In this document: positions 54,435 to 57,431 of the stretch, piece by piece
Numbering within the stretch: the stretch's first letter is position 1
Layout: each line of letters opens with the position of its first letter
NCBI RefSeq assembly: GCF_001194135.2
Contig: NC_069001.1
Span: 28,843,619-28,901,049, forward strand
Direction: 5' to 3'
Source: Octopus bimaculoides
Taxonomy: Eukaryota
Length of the DNA stretch: 57,431 nucleotides
Program-made: the position numbers and the translations under genes
The notes under the pieces: generated by a model
The model's input: the letters and a program-made list of their open reading frames with translations, nothing else
The model's database searches: none
Told to the model about the DNA's origin: nothing

Positions 54435-54735
54435 CTGCTTTATATGTTGGTCTCAAATTTTGGCACAAGCTCAAAATTCGACCTCGGCGGAATTTGGGCG
54501 TAAAGACAGATTAAATACTGCTAAAAATTTTACCTGGCCTGCTAACGGTCCCACCAGCTCACCGCTTTAAGTAATGTAATAATATAGCTTTCACATTTTG
54601 GCACAAATCCAGCAAGTTCGGAGGAGGGGAGTAGATTACATTGACGTAAGTGCTCAAATGGTACTTGTATTATCGACCCCGAAAGGATGAAATGTAAGGG
54701 TTGGCATGTTAACGGTTCTGCCAACCCACCGTCTT
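54435..54735 (-). mobile_element. Two antisense SINE family 2 copies
   Basis: CGACCTCGGCGGAATTTG...CCAGCTCACCGC, and GACCCCGAAAGGATGAAA...GTTCTGCCAACCCACCGTCTT. Confidence 0.75.
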
Positions 54736-55000
54736 ATTCTGCTGTGTATACTCTTGACATATTCTTCTTTTGTTGCCCCATTTTAATGTCAGCGATTGGA
54801 GTTATGTATATGTGACTCTTGGGGCTACAGAAACGCCACAAATCAAGGAAAAGATCCACTAATCAGTAATCATTTGTGTATTCAATGCAATATCATGTTA
54901 ACTACACGCACCATTCTATGAAATATGTATCTCAAACTATCGTTACATAATACTATACTCATTTTCCTCCTCGTATCTTCTTTCCTTTCTCTTGGACTTT

Positions 55001-55429
55001 TGGTTCTCTTTTCTTCCTCCATAAGAACACCCATTCCTCTGTCCTTATTGCCTCTGTGGAGTGCTTTATCGCTTCCTCCTCCCTTGTGAAGCGCACCTCC
55101 ACAGTGGCGTATCTCCTCCCTCTCGTAACGTATGTTGTAACTCTTTACAATTCCTTTATACAATCTTCTATTGCTTCTATCGGCGCAATCTCTATTTTCC
55201 TCGTGGCTGTCTTCATGGTTTTAAATGTTATCGTTCCTTTTAACACGTTGGCCGATAACTCTTCCGGTGGCGTTAGCTTCAGTATGTTACCTTCTTTAGT
55301 GATTAGTTTTTCACTCTCCTTCATCTTTCTGGGCTCCACTTTTATTTCTCGGACCTCCAGCTCTTGCACGTCTACTCCTTTTCTCGTTGCGGCCGCATAA
55401 CTGGGGCCTTTCTCCGGCGTCTTCTCCAT
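55001..55429 (-). pseudogene. Retroelement ORF1/gag-like remnant (possibly L1/Tx1-type)
   Basis: MEKTPEKGPSYAAATRKGVDV...EDCIKEL* continues in the same frame past a single TAA as RVTTYVTRGRRYATVEVRFTREEEAIKHSTEAIRTEEWVFL. The SYA.A motif and RRM-like pattern suggest ORF1. The family assignment is from recall. Confidence 0.55.
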
Positions 55430-56308
55430 TTTCTTACAATGGGAAACAAAGCAACAATTAACAAATCAACAATGGCAACAATTCAATAAACTCACTATTA
55501 ACTCCACAGCTAAGCTGTTCGCCCGGCGTGCTAACGTTTCAGCCAACTGGCCGCCTATGTTGGTTGTATTTATTGCAACTAAATTCTATCTTTATATTTT
55601 ATATATAACAAAGTGGTCTGTTTTTAGTTACGGCACTTAATCTCTGAGTTCGGTTCATGGTGTGTTCGATTTACATTTCAATTATTCCGTGATCGATATA
55701 TTAATCTGACCAGTTTTTAGTCATATATTTTAATTAGCAGTGCAGTATATATTAAAAATCACAGTAATTTTTAAGCGTTCTTCTTTTCTCTTCTTCCGAT
55801 TTCGCATCATTCCGAGGTCAACTATGTTTTTAATCCTTTCGATCAAGGTCATTACAGTAGAGTACCGGTCATGTATCGGGGTCGATGTTATCATCTGAAA
55901 AACTCCTCACAAATTTCAAAACTTTTATGGTCAGAGTCAGTCTTACTATTGAAGGTGGCTTTTACTTCCTGAGTTCAAATGCTACAGATATCAACTGTTT
56001 GTAGTTCGTCCTTTCGATGTCGATAACAAATCGCTAAGAGAATAGCACAGGAGTCGATGCCATCGACTAATACCATTCCTTTACAACTGCTAGGCTTTTA
56101 CGTCAATCAGAATCATTAATGTTTGTATAGTACATTAATAGTTGAACATCGATCAGAATATACCAGAATTATTTCTGCTATTATAACCTTCTAAGTAACA
56201 ATGTTTTTTCGTGCTATATATGCAGTCAAATAATTGTTAAAAAGTTTGTGCGTATACAGTGAATATGACCTTATTTGGAAATGCTGCTATTACACGCTAC
56301 GAGATACT

Positions 56309-56372
<64 letters not shown>

Positions 56373-57374
56373 CCGTCCTGTTTACATCAAATGATGAATT
56401 AAATTCAATCGCTATGCCAACTACTTCTTATTTATCTGCACTTTCTCTTGCATTACTTCAAAAGGGGCGATTCATACAAATTCAATATACTTTTTTAAAA
56501 TTTGGTTTGCATGTTCAATTTTAACCGTCAAACGGAAAAAAATGGCTAGTACGTATAATTGAATATTTACACTCGATTGAAACGACTCCAGCACATTACT
56601 GGGATTAATTAATCGACGCAGGAGGTATAGACGTCCTCGCTAAGTTTTAAATACATCATCAGATTTCGACCATGCCTTAAGCTCTCTCAGACTTTCTAAA
56701 ACCTTTCTTCTTCGTTACATGTTATATATTAATATATTGTCGCCATATGACTTCTGTGAAGCTTTTATCCTTTTTACAGTACTTCTTGTCACTTACAGAA
56801 TGTATCACTCTTTTTTTCATTTTTCTATACTTTAGAAAATGTATATACTTCACATCCGCATACACACACACACCTACACAAACAAACCCACATATAAATA
56901 TGGTACCGAAGTAATAATACATTTATACGTACATACACACACATACCTATGCATACATATGCGTTCCAAATTTAATTGTTTGAAATATTACTGTATGAAC
57001 GGAACTGGTTTCTAACTTAGATACTAATTTCTATCGCTGAAATGTAGATAACTAACACTTGACAAAAGTTTTGAATATTTTTACACTTCGACTTACTGAT
57101 TGCATTTTAAAATGTAGAAGATATTAATAGCTTGTTGATTCATTTTTCTAGCAACCCCAGATTAACCAGATTGTCACGCAGGCAGATTGTCACCTAGGGG
57201 TCAGCCACACTTAAGTGGCAATATACTACACTTTATCGTGCAGTTACTGTTAATACTTCATTTAGAGAATTAACATTGCTTGTTTTCACCTTTTCAATAT
57301 CAGTGAAGAATGTCACTGGAAAAGAAGATATAAGATTTGCCAGATTTGTCTCTCTCACCAAGGTCATCAGCTGT

Positions 57375-57419
57375 CGAGCGCCGACGAAGGGAAATAACCC
57401 TGAAATCCGGATACGTTCG
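57375..57419 (+). ncRNA. Minimal type-I hammerhead ribozyme-like motif (core variant CCGACGA)
   Basis: Stem I CGAGCG/CGTTCG, core CCGACGA, stem II AGGG-aaataa-CCCT, GAAA, palindromic stem III ATCCGGAT, cleavage triplet AUA. Confidence 0.65.
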
Positions 57420-57431
57420 TGCTGCTGGTCG

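Noticed and set aside
54590-55558. A single SINE split in two by the ORF1-like insertion
   Set aside because: The SINE body at 54590-54735 has its own head (AAGACGGTGGGTTGGCAGAACC), so it is not the missing half of the head at 55512-55558.
1-57431. CRISPR arrays, rRNA genes or prokaryotic operons
   Set aside because: None seen. The DNA is eukaryotic and intron-like, and no repeat has unique regular spacers.

Overview
AT-rich, repeat-dense eukaryotic DNA with ten N-gaps. The SINE families resemble those of Octopus, so the species call is an inference. Only three host exons are recognisable: 4633-4785, 10068-10169 and 35083-35184, all on the + strand, phase 0, with AG/GT boundaries. Spliced, they give 119 aa of an ionotropic glutamate receptor, most like the kainate (GRIK) class, covering the end of the amino-terminal domain to the start of ligand-binding segment S1. 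The rest of the window appears intronic. It holds many tRNA-derived SINEs, three decayed mariner elements, hAT-, Tigger- and piggyBac-like MITEs, an ORF1-like retroelement fragment and long microsatellites. Most entries in the ORF track are microsatellite or gap artefacts. The most notable observations are: (1) a minimal type-I hammerhead ribozyme fold at 57375-57419; (2) a telomere-repeat palindrome inside an 8-bp-TSD element that is itself nested in a ~410-bp foldback element (10825-11813); (3) a mariner derivative that lost its catalytic domain but keeps an open 99-aa frame with a triplicated C-terminal segment; (4) a diverged inverted pair of hammerhead-like motifs at ~36288-36605. I found no evidence of a new multi-gene system.
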